Source of the DNA: Clostridia bacterium
GTDB lineage: Bacteria > Bacillota > Clostridia > Oscillospirales > CAG-272
Assembly (NCBI GenBank): GCA_017513325.1
Contig: JAFXGC010000147.1
Span: 1 to 48,278 of the forward strand
Length of the DNA: 48,278 bases
Direction: 5' to 3'
Shown here: piece by piece, positions 1-8,475 of the stretch
How positions within the stretch are numbered: the stretch's first letter is position 1
Layout: each line of letters begins with the position of its first letter
Notes under the pieces: model-generated
What the model saw: the letters and a program-made list of their open reading frames with translations, nothing else
The model's database searches: none
Told to the model about the DNA's origin: nothing
Program-made: the position numbers and the translations under genes

Positions 1-1
1 A

Positions 2-451
2 AGCCCCGCTCTCGTAGCACTTCTTGCTCAGGCTCCTTACTCCATTCCTCAGGGTCAGATCCACGGCTCTTGGTGGGATATCGGTAAGGCAGTTGCTACA
101 AACATCAAGGCAGCTACTGACGACGCAGGTCTCCAGGCAGCTCTTGATACATACAAGACAGCTATCGACGGCCTCTTCTCCCTCTCCGAAGAAGTTAAGA
201 ACGCTTTCACAGTTATCGGTGCTGTAAACGGCTCCAACTGGGACAAGGACTTCGAAATGGTTAAGGGCGACGACGGCAAATGGACATCCAAGGACGCTTT
301 CGAGCTTAAGGCAGGCGACGAATTCAAGGTACGCCAGGGTCTTAACTGGGACGTTGCTTATCCTGCAGATAACTTTAAGGTTGAAGCTGACGGCACATAT
401 TACATCGTATTTGATCCCGCTGCTGAGACAGTAGAGCTCATCGCCGGCTGA
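2..451 (+). CDS. 3' end of a maltodextrin-type sugar ABC transporter substrate-binding protein with an extra C-terminal carbohydrate-binding-like tail (5' truncated by the window edge)
   Basis: Frame 2 is open from the window edge to the TGA at 449-451. The translation ...PQGQIHGSWWDIGKAVATNIKAATDDAGLQAALDTYKTAIDGL resembles the C-terminal helices of MalE-type binding proteins. MalF/MalG/MalK-like genes follow directly. The tail GSNWDKDFEMVKGDDGKWTSKDAFELKAGDEFKVRQGLNWDVAYP has the aromatic/Gly pattern of starch-binding modules. Confidence 0.7.
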   Translation, partial: SPALVALLAQAPYSIPQGQIHGSWWDIGKAVATNIKAATDDAGLQAALDTYKTAIDGLFSLSEEVKNAFTVIGAVNGSNWDKDFEMVKGDDGKWTSKDAFELKAGDEFKVRQGLNWDVAYPADNFKVEADGTYYIVFDPAAETVELIAG

Positions 452-482
452 TATAATTCAGATTAATATTTAGTATCCGTAA

Positions 483-516
483 GGGTCGGAGTCATATCGA
501 CTCCGACCCTTTTCTT
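483..516 (+). terminator. Rho-independent terminator/attenuator between the binding-protein gene and the permease genes
   Basis: Stem gggtcggagtc / gactccgaccc (483-493 / 499-509), followed by ttttctt. Confidence 0.7.
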
Positions 517-530
517 AAAGAGGAAAATAT

Positions 531-2057
531 ATGAAAAAATACAGTGATCTTGAATATTTGAGACTACCTAAATGGAAAAGGTTTCTGTATGCTGTTATTT
601 GTTTCTTCGTAGGAATACCCGGCAGCATACTTGGTTTGTTCAAGAAGATTGGCCTTGGTATTGTTAAGTTCTTAACCGGTATCAAAAATGAGTTTGTTGA
701 TATTGGCACAACTTTTACAAACGGCGACTGGAAAACCAAAGTCTCTTTCTTTATTATGGGTTTTGGAAATATTGCCAGAGGCCAGATTCTCAGAGGACTA
801 TTGTTCTTCATTTTTGAGGTAGTCTTTATTGTTTATATGATTTTTGCCGGTAGTTACTGGCTTTCTATGCTACCCAGCCTCGGTCTCAGAGGCCCGGAAG
901 TTGTTTATGACCCCATATACGACGCTTATGTAACTGAATACTTTGATAACTCTTTCAAAATTCTTCTTTATGGTGTACTTACGTTATTCTTTATAATAGC
1001 ACTTATTTACACCTGGAGAATTAACATTAAGCAGAACAAGATCTCAGAACAGATCATAAGATCCGGAAAAAAATTAAGAAGTGGAAAAGATGACCTTCGC
1101 TCTTTAGTTGATGATCAGTTTCACAAAACACTTCTCGCTCTCCCTTTGACCGGTATTATCGTTTTCACTATGATGCCTATCGTATTTATGATACTCGTAG
1201 CGTTTACTAACTACGACGGCGCTCATAATGGTTTTTCAAACAATCTGTTCACATGGGTTGGTCTTGATAATTTCAACTCCCTTCTTTCCTGGTCTAATGG
1301 TGAGGTTTCTTATGCTGCAACCTTCGGAGAAGTTTTGACTTGGACTTTGATTTGGGCGTTTTTCGCAACTTTTACCAACTACTTCCTTGGTATGTTAGTT
1401 GCAATGATGATCAATAAAAAAGGAATCAGAATCAAAAAATTCTGGCGAACATGCCTTGTTTTCACAATTGCAGTTCCCCAGTTCATCTCTCTCCTTTATG
1501 TTTCAAAAATGTTTGCAAATAACGGTCTTATCAACGGATTCCTGTTAAATCTCGGTTTAATTGAAAAAGCTCTGCCTTTCTGGACTGACACAACATGGGC
1601 AAGAATAACCGTTATCATTATTAATATCTGGATAGGTATCCCTTATCTTATGCTGATTGCTACGGGTATTCTCATGAATATCCCTAAAGATCTTTATGAA
1701 TCTGCAAAAGTTGACGGAGCCGGTCCGTTTATGCAGTACACTAAGATCACTCTTCCCTATATGTTGTTTGTAACCGGCCCTTATCTTCTTACAAGCTTCA
1801 CAAGCAATATGAATAACTTCAACGTTATTTATCTGCTAACGGGAGGCGCACCTACTTCTACTTTACCGTCACCGGGAGGCAATTTGGGTGATACAGACTT
1901 GCTTATCACCTGGCTGTTCAAGCTGACAACTTTTGAAGAAGCGAAATACTATATGGCATCTGTAATCGGAATTTTGGTGTTCATAGTAGTAGCAATTATC
2001 TCTTTGGTTGTATATAACCTCCTGCCCTCTACCAAGAACGAGGAGGATTTCCAATGA
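531..2057 (+). CDS. Sugar ABC transporter permease, MalF-like (large, with an extended N-terminal/periplasmic region)
   Basis: 508-aa multi-TM ORF. EAA-type motif ESAKVDGAGPFMQYTKITLPYM. RBS agaggaaaa lies upstream of the ATG. Its stop overlaps the next gene's start (2054-2057). Confidence 0.85.
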   Translation: MKKYSDLEYLRLPKWKRFLYAVICFFVGIPGSILGLFKKIGLGIVKFLTGIKNEFVDIGTTFTNGDWKTKVSFFIMGFGNIARGQILRGLLFFIFEVVFIVYMIFAGSYWLSMLPSLGLRGPEVVYDPIYDAYVTEYFDNSFKILLYGVLTLFFIIALIYTWRINIKQNKISEQIIRSGKKLRSGKDDLRSLVDDQFHKTLLALPLTGIIVFTMMPIVFMILVAFTNYDGAHNGFSNNLFTWVGLDNFNSLLSWSNGEVSYAATFGEVLTWTLIWAFFATFTNYFLGMLVAMMINKKGIRIKKFWRTCLVFTIAVPQFISLLYVSKMFANNGLINGFLLNLGLIEKALPFWTDTTWARITVIIINIWIGIPYLMLIATGILMNIPKDLYESAKVDGAGPFMQYTKITLPYMLFVTGPYLLTSFTSNMNNFNVIYLLTGGAPTSTLPSPGGNLGDTDLLITWLFKLTTFEEAKYYMASVIGILVFIVVAIISLVVYNLLPSTKNEEDFQ

Positions 2058-2950
2058 AACGCAAAAATAACCAACTACCTGAACTTCCGCCTCAGGCTAA
2101 GCATCATATGGGTATCAAAGCACGCAATGCAATAAGTAATACCTTTATCCACATTTTGCTTGTTATCATTACAATAATATGGCTTGTTCCATTTGTATGT
2201 ATAATTCTTCAATCCTTCCGTGTAGAATCAACCCACATGGTTGGCTATGTTATCCCTAAGGATTGGGGACTTGATAATTATATTGCACTGTTCGATACCG
2301 ATTTCCCAAAATGGTATATTAACACTTTAGTTACAGCTATAATAACTGCTCTTTTGCAGACAGTTATCGTTCTTTGTATGAGCTACACGCTTTCACGCTT
2401 CCGCTTCAAAGGAAGAAAGCTTCTTATGCGTTTTATGCTCATCCTTGGTATGTTCCCCGGAATGCTCACTATGATCATTCTTTACCGCGTTCTCAAGGAT
2501 ATAGGAATGACCGAAGCAAATGCTGTGCCCGGTCTTATTCTGGTATATATAGCCTCATCCGGTATGGGATACTACGTATCAAAAGGCTTCTTTGATACTA
2601 TTCCCAAATCGCTGGATGAAGCCGCTCGTATAGATGGAGCAACCAGATTTCAGATCCTCACAAAGGTCATCCTTCCACTTGCAAAGCCGATCGTTATTTA
2701 TACTATTCTGACTGCATTTATGGCACCTTGGGGCGACTTCGTATTTGCAAGATATGTATCTATGAATGTTTCAAGCGGAATGAATGTGGCTGTCGGTCTG
2801 TTCAGCTGGCTGAACAAAGATATGATCGATGGCAGATATACAATGTTCTGCGCGGCAGGTGTCCTCGTAGCACTTCCCGTAGCTCTTCTGTTCATTTTCC
2901 TTCAGAAGTATTACGTAGAAGGCGTTACCGGCGGCGCTGTCAAGGGTTAA
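2054..2950 (+). CDS. Sugar ABC transporter permease, MalG-like
   Basis: 298-aa multi-TM ORF with EAA motif DEAARIDGATRFQILTKVILPLAKP. Translationally coupled to the upstream permease. Confidence 0.85.
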   Translation: MKRKNNQLPELPPQAKHHMGIKARNAISNTFIHILLVIITIIWLVPFVCIILQSFRVESTHMVGYVIPKDWGLDNYIALFDTDFPKWYINTLVTAIITALLQTVIVLCMSYTLSRFRFKGRKLLMRFMLILGMFPGMLTMIILYRVLKDIGMTEANAVPGLILVYIASSGMGYYVSKGFFDTIPKSLDEAARIDGATRFQILTKVILPLAKPIVIYTILTAFMAPWGDFVFARYVSMNVSSGMNVAVGLFSWLNKDMIDGRYTMFCAAGVLVALPVALLFIFLQKYYVEGVTGGAVKG

Positions 2951-2978
2951 TATAAGTTAGAAAGGAACGTAGTAAATT

Positions 2979-4103
2979 ATGGCAAGTGTAAAACTTACTA
3001 ATGTAAAAAAAGTTTATGATAAAAAAGTCGTTGCTGTATCTGACTTTAATCTTGAAATTGCCGATAAGGAATTTGTAGTTTTTGTCGGTCCATCCGGATG
3101 TGGTAAAAGTACGACTCTGCGAATGATCGCGGGTCTTGAAGAAATAACAGACGGAACAATCGAGATTGATGGTGTGGTAGTTAACGATTTACAGCCTAAG
3201 GACAGAAACATAGCAATGGTATTTCAGAACTATGCACTCTATCCTCATATGACCGTATATGACAATATAGCATTCTCACTGAGAATCAAAAAACTTCCTG
3301 AAGATGAAATATATCAGAAAGTTACTCATGCGGCTGAAGTTCTTGGTATTAGCGAATACCTTCTTCGTAAGCCTCGCGCACTTTCCGGTGGTCAGAGACA
3401 AAGAGTAGCCATCGGACGTGCTATGGTGCGTGATTCAAAAGTATTCCTAATGGACGAACCGCTTTCTAACCTCGATGCAAAGCTCAGAAACCAGATGAGA
3501 GCAGAAATCATCCTGCTACGCGAGCAGCTTGATACAACTTTCGTTTATGTTACTCATGACCAAACAGAAGCTATGACATTGGGAGACCGTATCGTAATTA
3601 TGAAAGACGGATACGTTCAGCAGATCGGCACTCCTGAAGAAGTTTTTGAGAAACCTGAAAATCTGTTTGTAGCTGAGTTCATAGGCGCTCCAAAGATGAA
3701 TATCATGAAAACCCAGCTTCTGATTGAGAACGGCAAGTATTATGTTACACCTTTCGGCTCAAAGATTGAGGTTGACGGAGAAAACGGTGCTCTTCTCAAA
3801 GAAAAAGAAATCAAAGGCGGAGAAATTATTCTTGGTGTTCGTCCTGAGCACATTGTACTTGCTGATGAATCCGCTGAAAACACAATCAACGGATCAGTTA
3901 TGGTTAACGAAATGATGGGAAGCGAGCTCCACCTCCATATTAAGACCGAAGATGGAACAAAAATCATTGCTCGTACTCCTACGGTTAATCTCAGCCATGA
4001 GGAGCGTTTTCAGCTCAAATCAGGACATCCTGTACATCTTACCTTCCCCAGCAAAGTTATGTACTTCTTCGATCCTGAAACAGAAAAGAATCTCATATAC
4101 TAA
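2979..4103 (+). CDS. Sugar ABC transporter ATP-binding protein (MalK/MsmX/MsmK family)
   Basis: Walker A GPSGCGKST, signature LSGGQRQR, Walker B FLMDEPLSNLD, H-loop VTHDQ, and a C-terminal regulatory (TOBE-like) domain. Confidence 0.9.
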   Translation: MASVKLTNVKKVYDKKVVAVSDFNLEIADKEFVVFVGPSGCGKSTTLRMIAGLEEITDGTIEIDGVVVNDLQPKDRNIAMVFQNYALYPHMTVYDNIAFSLRIKKLPEDEIYQKVTHAAEVLGISEYLLRKPRALSGGQRQRVAIGRAMVRDSKVFLMDEPLSNLDAKLRNQMRAEIILLREQLDTTFVYVTHDQTEAMTLGDRIVIMKDGYVQQIGTPEEVFEKPENLFVAEFIGAPKMNIMKTQLLIENGKYYVTPFGSKIEVDGENGALLKEKEIKGGEIILGVRPEHIVLADESAENTINGSVMVNEMMGSELHLHIKTEDGTKIIARTPTVNLSHEERFQLKSGHPVHLTFPSKVMYFFDPETEKNLIY

Positions 4104-4116
4104 AATACTAAAAACA

Positions 4117-4146
4117 GAAAGGCAGAAGCAAATGCTTCTGCCTTTC
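4117..4146. terminator. Bidirectional terminator between the convergent ABC ATPase and GH13 genes
   Basis: Perfect stem gaaaggcagaagc / gcttctgcctttc with loop aaat. A-run on the left, T-rich on the right. Confidence 0.8.
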
Positions 4147-4149
4147 TTC

Positions 4150-5805
4150 TTATTTAAGCACAACGCTCGTTTGTCCATCGATAGTTAATGTAGTTCCTTC
4201 AAGTTTAGCCGCACCAACACCTACGTATGCTGAAATCACTTTGAATTCAACATCTGTTATAGTTGAAATATCTATTTCAACAGCGCTCAGTGAGGTATTG
4301 TGTAAAACAGCTACTGTGCTTCCTTCATATGTAGATATAAATCCTCCAAGCTTAGAGTCAGCAATATTGAATGGAGTATACTCGCCATATGATATTTCAG
4401 GATTAGCTTTTCTTATTGCAATAAGCTTTTTATAATGGTTGTACAAACTGTTTCCGTCAGGCTTATGAGATGCAACTGTTCCGTTAGACTGCTCTACAGC
4501 ATAATTGGCGCCTACAGGATTTGACACTGTATCGTCATCGCCCCAAAGCATTGCCAGCCTTCTGTTGGCATCAGTGTTCTCACTTCCTCGTGATCCTTTC
4601 ATTCCTATTTCTTCACCGTAATACACAAATGAAGACCCAGGGAGAAGTATTGACAGATTCGCTGCTACTTTAGCCTGTCCGCTGGGATAAGTAAGGTACC
4701 CTGCCGCACGGTCCATATCGTGATTTGAAATAAAACTGATCATCATTGCGTCAGGATTGCGTTTTTCAATATCATCGAGATATTTATCCACATAAGCTGT
4801 AAAAACATTTACGTTGCCCGCTTTTGCAGTTTGAGCAATTCTTCCGGAAAACTGTGACATTGAAAAATTAAAGCAGTTAGTAGAAGCAAAATAAGGGTAA
4901 GTGATAGAATCGCTGTCCCACACTTCAGCTACGGTATAAATATCGCTTTTAATAGATCTAAGCTCGTCCATATACCAGCCCCAGAACTGCGCATTTTTGC
5001 CCTCATTGCTCAAAAAGATATACTTGGCCGCATCAAATCGAAATCCGTCAACACCCATATCCAGATAGAACCTTGAAATATCAACAACTTCTTTTTTTAC
5101 AGCTTCGTTATCAAAATTCAGTTCGGGCATATCTCGCGAGAAATTACATTCGTAGTATTCATCGGAACCACTGTATATCTGCGCAAAGGTTCTTCCCGGC
5201 TCAGAACGGTCGGAATACACATAATAATCGTAATACTCACTGTCAATATTGTCCTCTTTATGAGCATTGAGAAAGCGTGTATACCAAAGGTTAGAAATTG
5301 AAGTGTGATTGATAGGTAGATCAAGAATGATCTTTACATTTCTCTCGTGGCAAATCTTGATAAGATCTTTGAGATCATCCATATTTCCGAAATCGGAATC
5401 AATTTCATAATAATTTGACACATCATATTTATGATATGAAGGCGACTCAAATATGGGGGTAAGCCATATTCCCTCCACTCCAAGACTGAGACCTGAATTA
5501 TCATCACCGTCATTGAGATAATCAAAACGATTGATTATACCACGAAGGTCACCTATTCCATCACCGTCAGAATCAGAAAAAGAACCCACAAAAATCTGGT
5601 AAAACACTCTGGCATTTCCGTCAACAGTATCTGTAACAGTTCCGAAATCATCAATAATTGCTTCATTGAGTTCTTCATTAAGAACATATTTACCGCTTAT
5701 GTCCATTACTTTTTCTTTTTCAGCGTCTTTTTCACCGGATGAATCACAACCGTATAGGAACAAAACTGCAAGTATTGCAAGAACCAAAGAGACAATCCTT
5801 TTCAT
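4150..5805 (-). CDS. GH13 alpha-amylase family lipoprotein (cell-surface alpha-glucan hydrolase)
   Basis: Start chosen at MKRIVSLVLAILAVLFLYGC (GGAGG RBS 4 nt upstream), which has a lipobox LYGC. GH13 conserved regions are present: DLPINH, GVDGFRFDAAKY, TVAEVW, FISNHD. A DSDGDGIGDLRG motif is also present. Confidence 0.85.
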   Translation of the reverse strand: MKRIVSLVLAILAVLFLYGCDSSGEKDAEKEKVMDISGKYVLNEELNEAIIDDFGTVTDTVDGNARVFYQIFVGSFSDSDGDGIGDLRGIINRFDYLNDGDDNSGLSLGVEGIWLTPIFESPSYHKYDVSNYYEIDSDFGNMDDLKDLIKICHERNVKIILDLPINHTSISNLWYTRFLNAHKEDNIDSEYYDYYVYSDRSEPGRTFAQIYSGSDEYYECNFSRDMPELNFDNEAVKKEVVDISRFYLDMGVDGFRFDAAKYIFLSNEGKNAQFWGWYMDELRSIKSDIYTVAEVWDSDSITYPYFASTNCFNFSMSQFSGRIAQTAKAGNVNVFTAYVDKYLDDIEKRNPDAMMISFISNHDMDRAAGYLTYPSGQAKVAANLSILLPGSSFVYYGEEIGMKGSRGSENTDANRRLAMLWGDDDTVSNPVGANYAVEQSNGTVASHKPDGNSLYNHYKKLIAIRKANPEISYGEYTPFNIADSKLGGFISTYEGSTVAVLHNTSLSAVEIDISTITDVEFKVISAYVGVGAAKLEGTTLTIDGQTSVVLK

Positions 5806-5895
5806 AAAACCTCCGCTATTTTTTATAATCATATGTAAATCAGAAGTAACAAGAGTTCTAAACGTTCAAGGTTTACTTCCAATTGACACATAAAA

Positions 5896-5924
5896 ATTAT
5901 ATCAAATTCAGTTCGTTTTTGCAA
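5896..5924 (-). promoter_or_regulatory. Sigma-A-type promoter of the GH13 gene
   Basis: On the minus strand: TTGCAA - 17 nt - TATAAT, about 90 nt upstream of the start. Confidence 0.6.
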
Positions 5925-5979
5925 GAGTCTGTCATTTTCAAAAAAGCTTATCCCCATACTTTTAAAGTGATTACATATC

Positions 5980-6007
5980 TGAAAATCCCCCAACTGAGTT
6001 GGGGGAT
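5980..6007 (-). terminator. Terminator of regulator A
   Basis: Stem atcccccaac / gttgggggat with loop tgag. On the minus strand it is followed by ATTTTC. Confidence 0.65.
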
Positions 6008-6012
6008 GAGTT

Positions 6013-7143
6013 TTATCTTAGTGCTAAAAGTCTTTCTTCGCATTTTTTGAAACGGGGGTCATTTGCTATTATGTTGTCGGCTGAGTTAAAGCACCAGTTG
6101 TAGCATCTGTGCAAATGGTCTGTTATATTGGTATTAAGTTCCTTTGCCTCCACAATGTCACCGCTTTCTTTAAGCTGATTATAGTTTGCAATAAGTGTGT
6201 CTGTAAGCTCTTCAATAGTTTCAAAGGCTTTGTCCAATTCTGATATTGCTATATATTCATTTGTTAGGTAAGTCAATGCGCTATACAGCCATTTTGTACA
6301 TATACTTATGTCTTTGAATAATTCATAATTATATTTTGCACTTTTTATTAAATCTCTATAGGCATTAAAAGCTTCTTGCTTTCTTTCATTACCTAAACAA
6401 GATATTTTTCTTGCTCTTACTCCCAAAGCCCATAAATAATCATGCGCAATTTCTACACAAGCATCTTTTGATATTTCAAGGCATTTTTTAAGATCATTCT
6501 TTTTAGAATATATCTCTATATCCATTGCCGCTTTGACTCTTCCTAAACGGGGCAAACTCTCTGCTACATCCTCTGCTTTTGCAAAATCGTCTCTGTACAG
6601 ATAAAGCATAATTATGATTTGTTTTGATTCAAGTAATCTTGTAGTATCACGGTCATAATTGATTACAGCTGTCAAAAGACTCACAGCTTTATTATAAAGA
6701 AACTCTTCATCTTCTTTGGAAATTGAATAAGACAACCGCTTTGCATTATAAATATAGTGACATATTTCGTTAGCACAACGGAATTTCACATCATAATCAA
6801 GAGGATACTTTCTTATATGCTCAAAATATAGCTTATAAATTTCATTATGCTCATTTTCATTTCGCACATATACTCCATATTCATTGTTTGAATATATCTC
6901 CTCCACCGCTTTATAAAGCTTTTCTCTATCCTCTTTTTCATTACCGCCAACACCGAGCAGGCAATCGGTCGTAACTCCAAGGATGGCTGCCAAAGGTACT
7001 ATCTGAGATATATCGGGCATTGTGTTGTCACATTCCCACTTTGATATTGCCTGCACAGAAACCATAAGCTTTTCCGAAAGCTCCGCCTGAGTTATTTGCG
7101 CTTCTTTCCTTATAAGCTTTAATTTTTGTCCGAAACTTAGCAT
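6013..7143 (-). CDS. XRE-family HTH transcriptional regulator with a ~300-aa C-terminal helical-repeat (TPR-like) domain, paralog A
   Basis: N-terminus MLSFGQKLKLIRKEAQITQAELSEKLMVSVQAISKWECDNTMPDISQIVPLAAILGVTTDCLLG is a typical HTH_3 domain. The start was moved to the ATG at 7143 by RBS spacing (AAAGGA + 8 nt) and by agreement with paralog B. The long C-terminal region is alpha-helical. Confidence 0.8.
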   Translation of the reverse strand: MLSFGQKLKLIRKEAQITQAELSEKLMVSVQAISKWECDNTMPDISQIVPLAAILGVTTDCLLGVGGNEKEDREKLYKAVEEIYSNNEYGVYVRNENEHNEIYKLYFEHIRKYPLDYDVKFRCANEICHYIYNAKRLSYSISKEDEEFLYNKAVSLLTAVINYDRDTTRLLESKQIIIMLYLYRDDFAKAEDVAESLPRLGRVKAAMDIEIYSKKNDLKKCLEISKDACVEIAHDYLWALGVRARKISCLGNERKQEAFNAYRDLIKSAKYNYELFKDISICTKWLYSALTYLTNEYIAISELDKAFETIEELTDTLIANYNQLKESGDIVEAKELNTNITDHLHRCYNWCFNSADNIIANDPRFKKCEERLLALR

Positions 7144-7305
7144 TTTCATTATCCTTTCATTATTACCGATGCGCATCTTTCTGTTTTTAGTATAACATTT
7201 TGATCAGTTTCTGTAAACATAACAGCAGGAGAATTGTGTTCTATCTTACGGTTGATATTATCGATATTTTTATCACAGTATATTGTTATTAACGCCGCAA
7301 GCAAA

Positions 7306-7319
7306 AGAACAATTGTTCT
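7306..7319. promoter_or_regulatory. Perfect 14-bp palindrome AGAACAATTGTTCT matching the Gram-positive LexA (Cheo/SOS) box GAAC-N4-GTTC
   Basis: Read directly from the sequence. It lies 7 nt upstream of the -35 of the radical SAM gene promoter, in the divergent intergenic region shared with regulator A. Confidence 0.5.
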
Positions 7320-7326
7320 AAAAACA

Positions 7327-7355
7327 TTGACTTGTGTATAAAACAATTGTATAAT
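7327..7355 (+). promoter_or_regulatory. Sigma-A-type promoter of the radical SAM gene
   Basis: TTGACT (7327-7332) - 17 nt - TATAAT (7350-7355). The spacer contains a second ACAATTGT palindrome. RBS AAAGGAG is at 7365-7371. Confidence 0.65.
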
Positions 7356-7378
7356 TATTTCTGAAAGGAGCTGATAAT

Positions 7379-8245
7379 ATGCACTTTGTTAAAGCAAAAG
7401 GAATACTCTCGCAAAACAACGGAATGAACATATATCGAGGATGCACCCACGGCTGTATATATTGTGACAGTCGCTCCGATTGCTATCAGATGAATCACGA
7501 TTTTGAAGATATAGAAGTGAAAGAAAATGCAGCTCAGCTTCTCGAAGTTGCTCTACGAAGCAAAAGAAACAAATGCATGATAGGAACGGGTGCCATGTGT
7601 GACCCGTATATGCACTTCGAAAAAAATCTCGGCTTAATGCGAAAATGCCTTGAAATTATTGATAAATATGAATTTGGTGTTACCCTTCAAACAAAATCAG
7701 ATCTGGTTTTGCGTGATCTCGACCTGTTGAAACGAATAAACGAACACTCAAAATGCGTTGTGCAAATGACTCTAACTACTTATGATGAAAAGCTTTGCCG
7801 TGTAATTGAGCCAAATGTGTGCACCACCAAAAGAAGATATGAGACACTTAAAGAGCTTGAAGAAGCAGGAATACCTACTGTTGTGTGGTTTACACCTATG
7901 CTGCCATACATAAACGATACAGAGCAAAACGTGAGAGGAATACTTGAATATTGTTTTGATGCCAACGTTAAAGGTATCCTCACATTCGGCGGCGGTGGCA
8001 TGACACTTCGCTCCGGAGACAGAGAGCATTATTATAAAGCACTTGACCGTCATTTTCCCGGATTAAAGGAAAGATATATAAGAGAATACGGACTCAATTA
8101 TGAAGTTCCATCTCCAAATGGTAAATATCTTTTAGACATTATCAAAAAAGAATGTATCAAGCATAAAGTTATGTACAAACAAGACGAGATTTTTGCTTAT
8201 ATTTCTCATCTGCCGAAAAAATTTGAGCAGGTAAGTATGTTTTGA
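7379..8245 (+). CDS. SPL-family radical SAM protein (COG1533 SplB / DNA-photolyase-like family)
   Basis: CxxxCxxC cluster motif in YRGCTHGCIYCDSRS near the N-terminus. The 288-aa size and overall pattern are typical of spore-photoproduct-lyase-like radical SAM proteins. Confidence 0.75.
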   Translation: MHFVKAKGILSQNNGMNIYRGCTHGCIYCDSRSDCYQMNHDFEDIEVKENAAQLLEVALRSKRNKCMIGTGAMCDPYMHFEKNLGLMRKCLEIIDKYEFGVTLQTKSDLVLRDLDLLKRINEHSKCVVQMTLTTYDEKLCRVIEPNVCTTKRRYETLKELEEAGIPTVVWFTPMLPYINDTEQNVRGILEYCFDANVKGILTFGGGGMTLRSGDREHYYKALDRHFPGLKERYIREYGLNYEVPSPNGKYLLDIIKKECIKHKVMYKQDEIFAYISHLPKKFEQVSMF

Positions 8246-8280
8246 TTGCCAATTCATTTTTAGATTTTTAAATAAACCCC

Positions 8281-8309
8281 TTGCAAATATTTTATCCATG
8301 TGCTATACT
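8281..8309 (+). promoter_or_regulatory. Promoter of tRNA-Leu
   Basis: TTGCAA - 17 nt - TATACT with a TGc extended -10, about 20 nt upstream of the tRNA 5' end. Confidence 0.6.
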
Positions 8310-8330
8310 AACTAAGTCGCAAGATAAAAA

Positions 8331-8417
8331 GCCGGTGTGTTGGAATTGGCAGACGAGGCGGACTCAAAATCCGTTGGTAGCGATACCGTGCGGGTTCGAC
8401 CCCCGCCACCGGCACCA
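8331..8417 (+). tRNA. tRNA-Leu (anticodon CAA), class II with a long variable arm and an encoded CCA
   Basis: Acceptor stem GCCGGTG/CACCGGC. Anticodon stem-loop GCGGA-CTCAAAA-TCCGT. Long variable arm GGTAGCGATACCGTGC. T arm GCGGG-TTCGACC-CCCGC. 3' end ACCA. Confidence 0.9.
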
Positions 8418-8420
8418 AAA

Positions 8421-8455
8421 ACAAAAGGGATGCAACAGCATCCCTTTTGTTTTTT
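8421..8455. terminator. Bidirectional terminator shared by tRNA-Leu and regulator B
   Basis: Stem acaaaagggatgc / gcatcccttttgt with loop aaca. Followed by a T-run on plus and preceded by an A-run. Confidence 0.8.
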
Positions 8456-8475
8456 ACGTACAATACATTACTTGG

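Noticed and set aside
5859-5868. taaacgttca (AACGTT-centred near-palindrome) in the GH13 5' UTR, considered as a cre/LacI-family (MalR-like) operator.
   Set aside because: Only ~10 nt of imperfect symmetry. It does not align with the TGWAANCGNTNWCA cre consensus, and no LacI-family gene is in the window. Too weak to call.
7170-7196. Tiny plus-strand ORF ATG-CGC-ATC-TTT-CTG-TTT-TTA-GTA-TAA (MRIFLFLV), considered as a possible signalling peptide.
   Set aside because: It has no RBS or promoter, and it lies antisense to the regulator A leader. It cannot be distinguished from chance.
7229-7242. gagaattgtgttct, considered as a second LexA box in the regulator A / radical SAM intergenic region.
   Set aside because: The half-sites are GAAT and GTTC with only 3-nt spacing, so it does not fit GAAC-N4-GTTC.
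7149-7346. 65-aa minus-strand ORF upstream of regulator A with a hydrophobic N-terminus (RTIVLLLAALITIYC). I considered it as a secreted pro-peptide partner for an RNPP-like regulator.
   Set aside because: It would start at a TTG with no RBS, inside the opposite-strand radical SAM core promoter. The best regulator A promoter (TTTACA-17-TGtTATACT) lies inside the ORF, so the N-terminal part would not be transcribed. Paralog B has no equivalent ORF.
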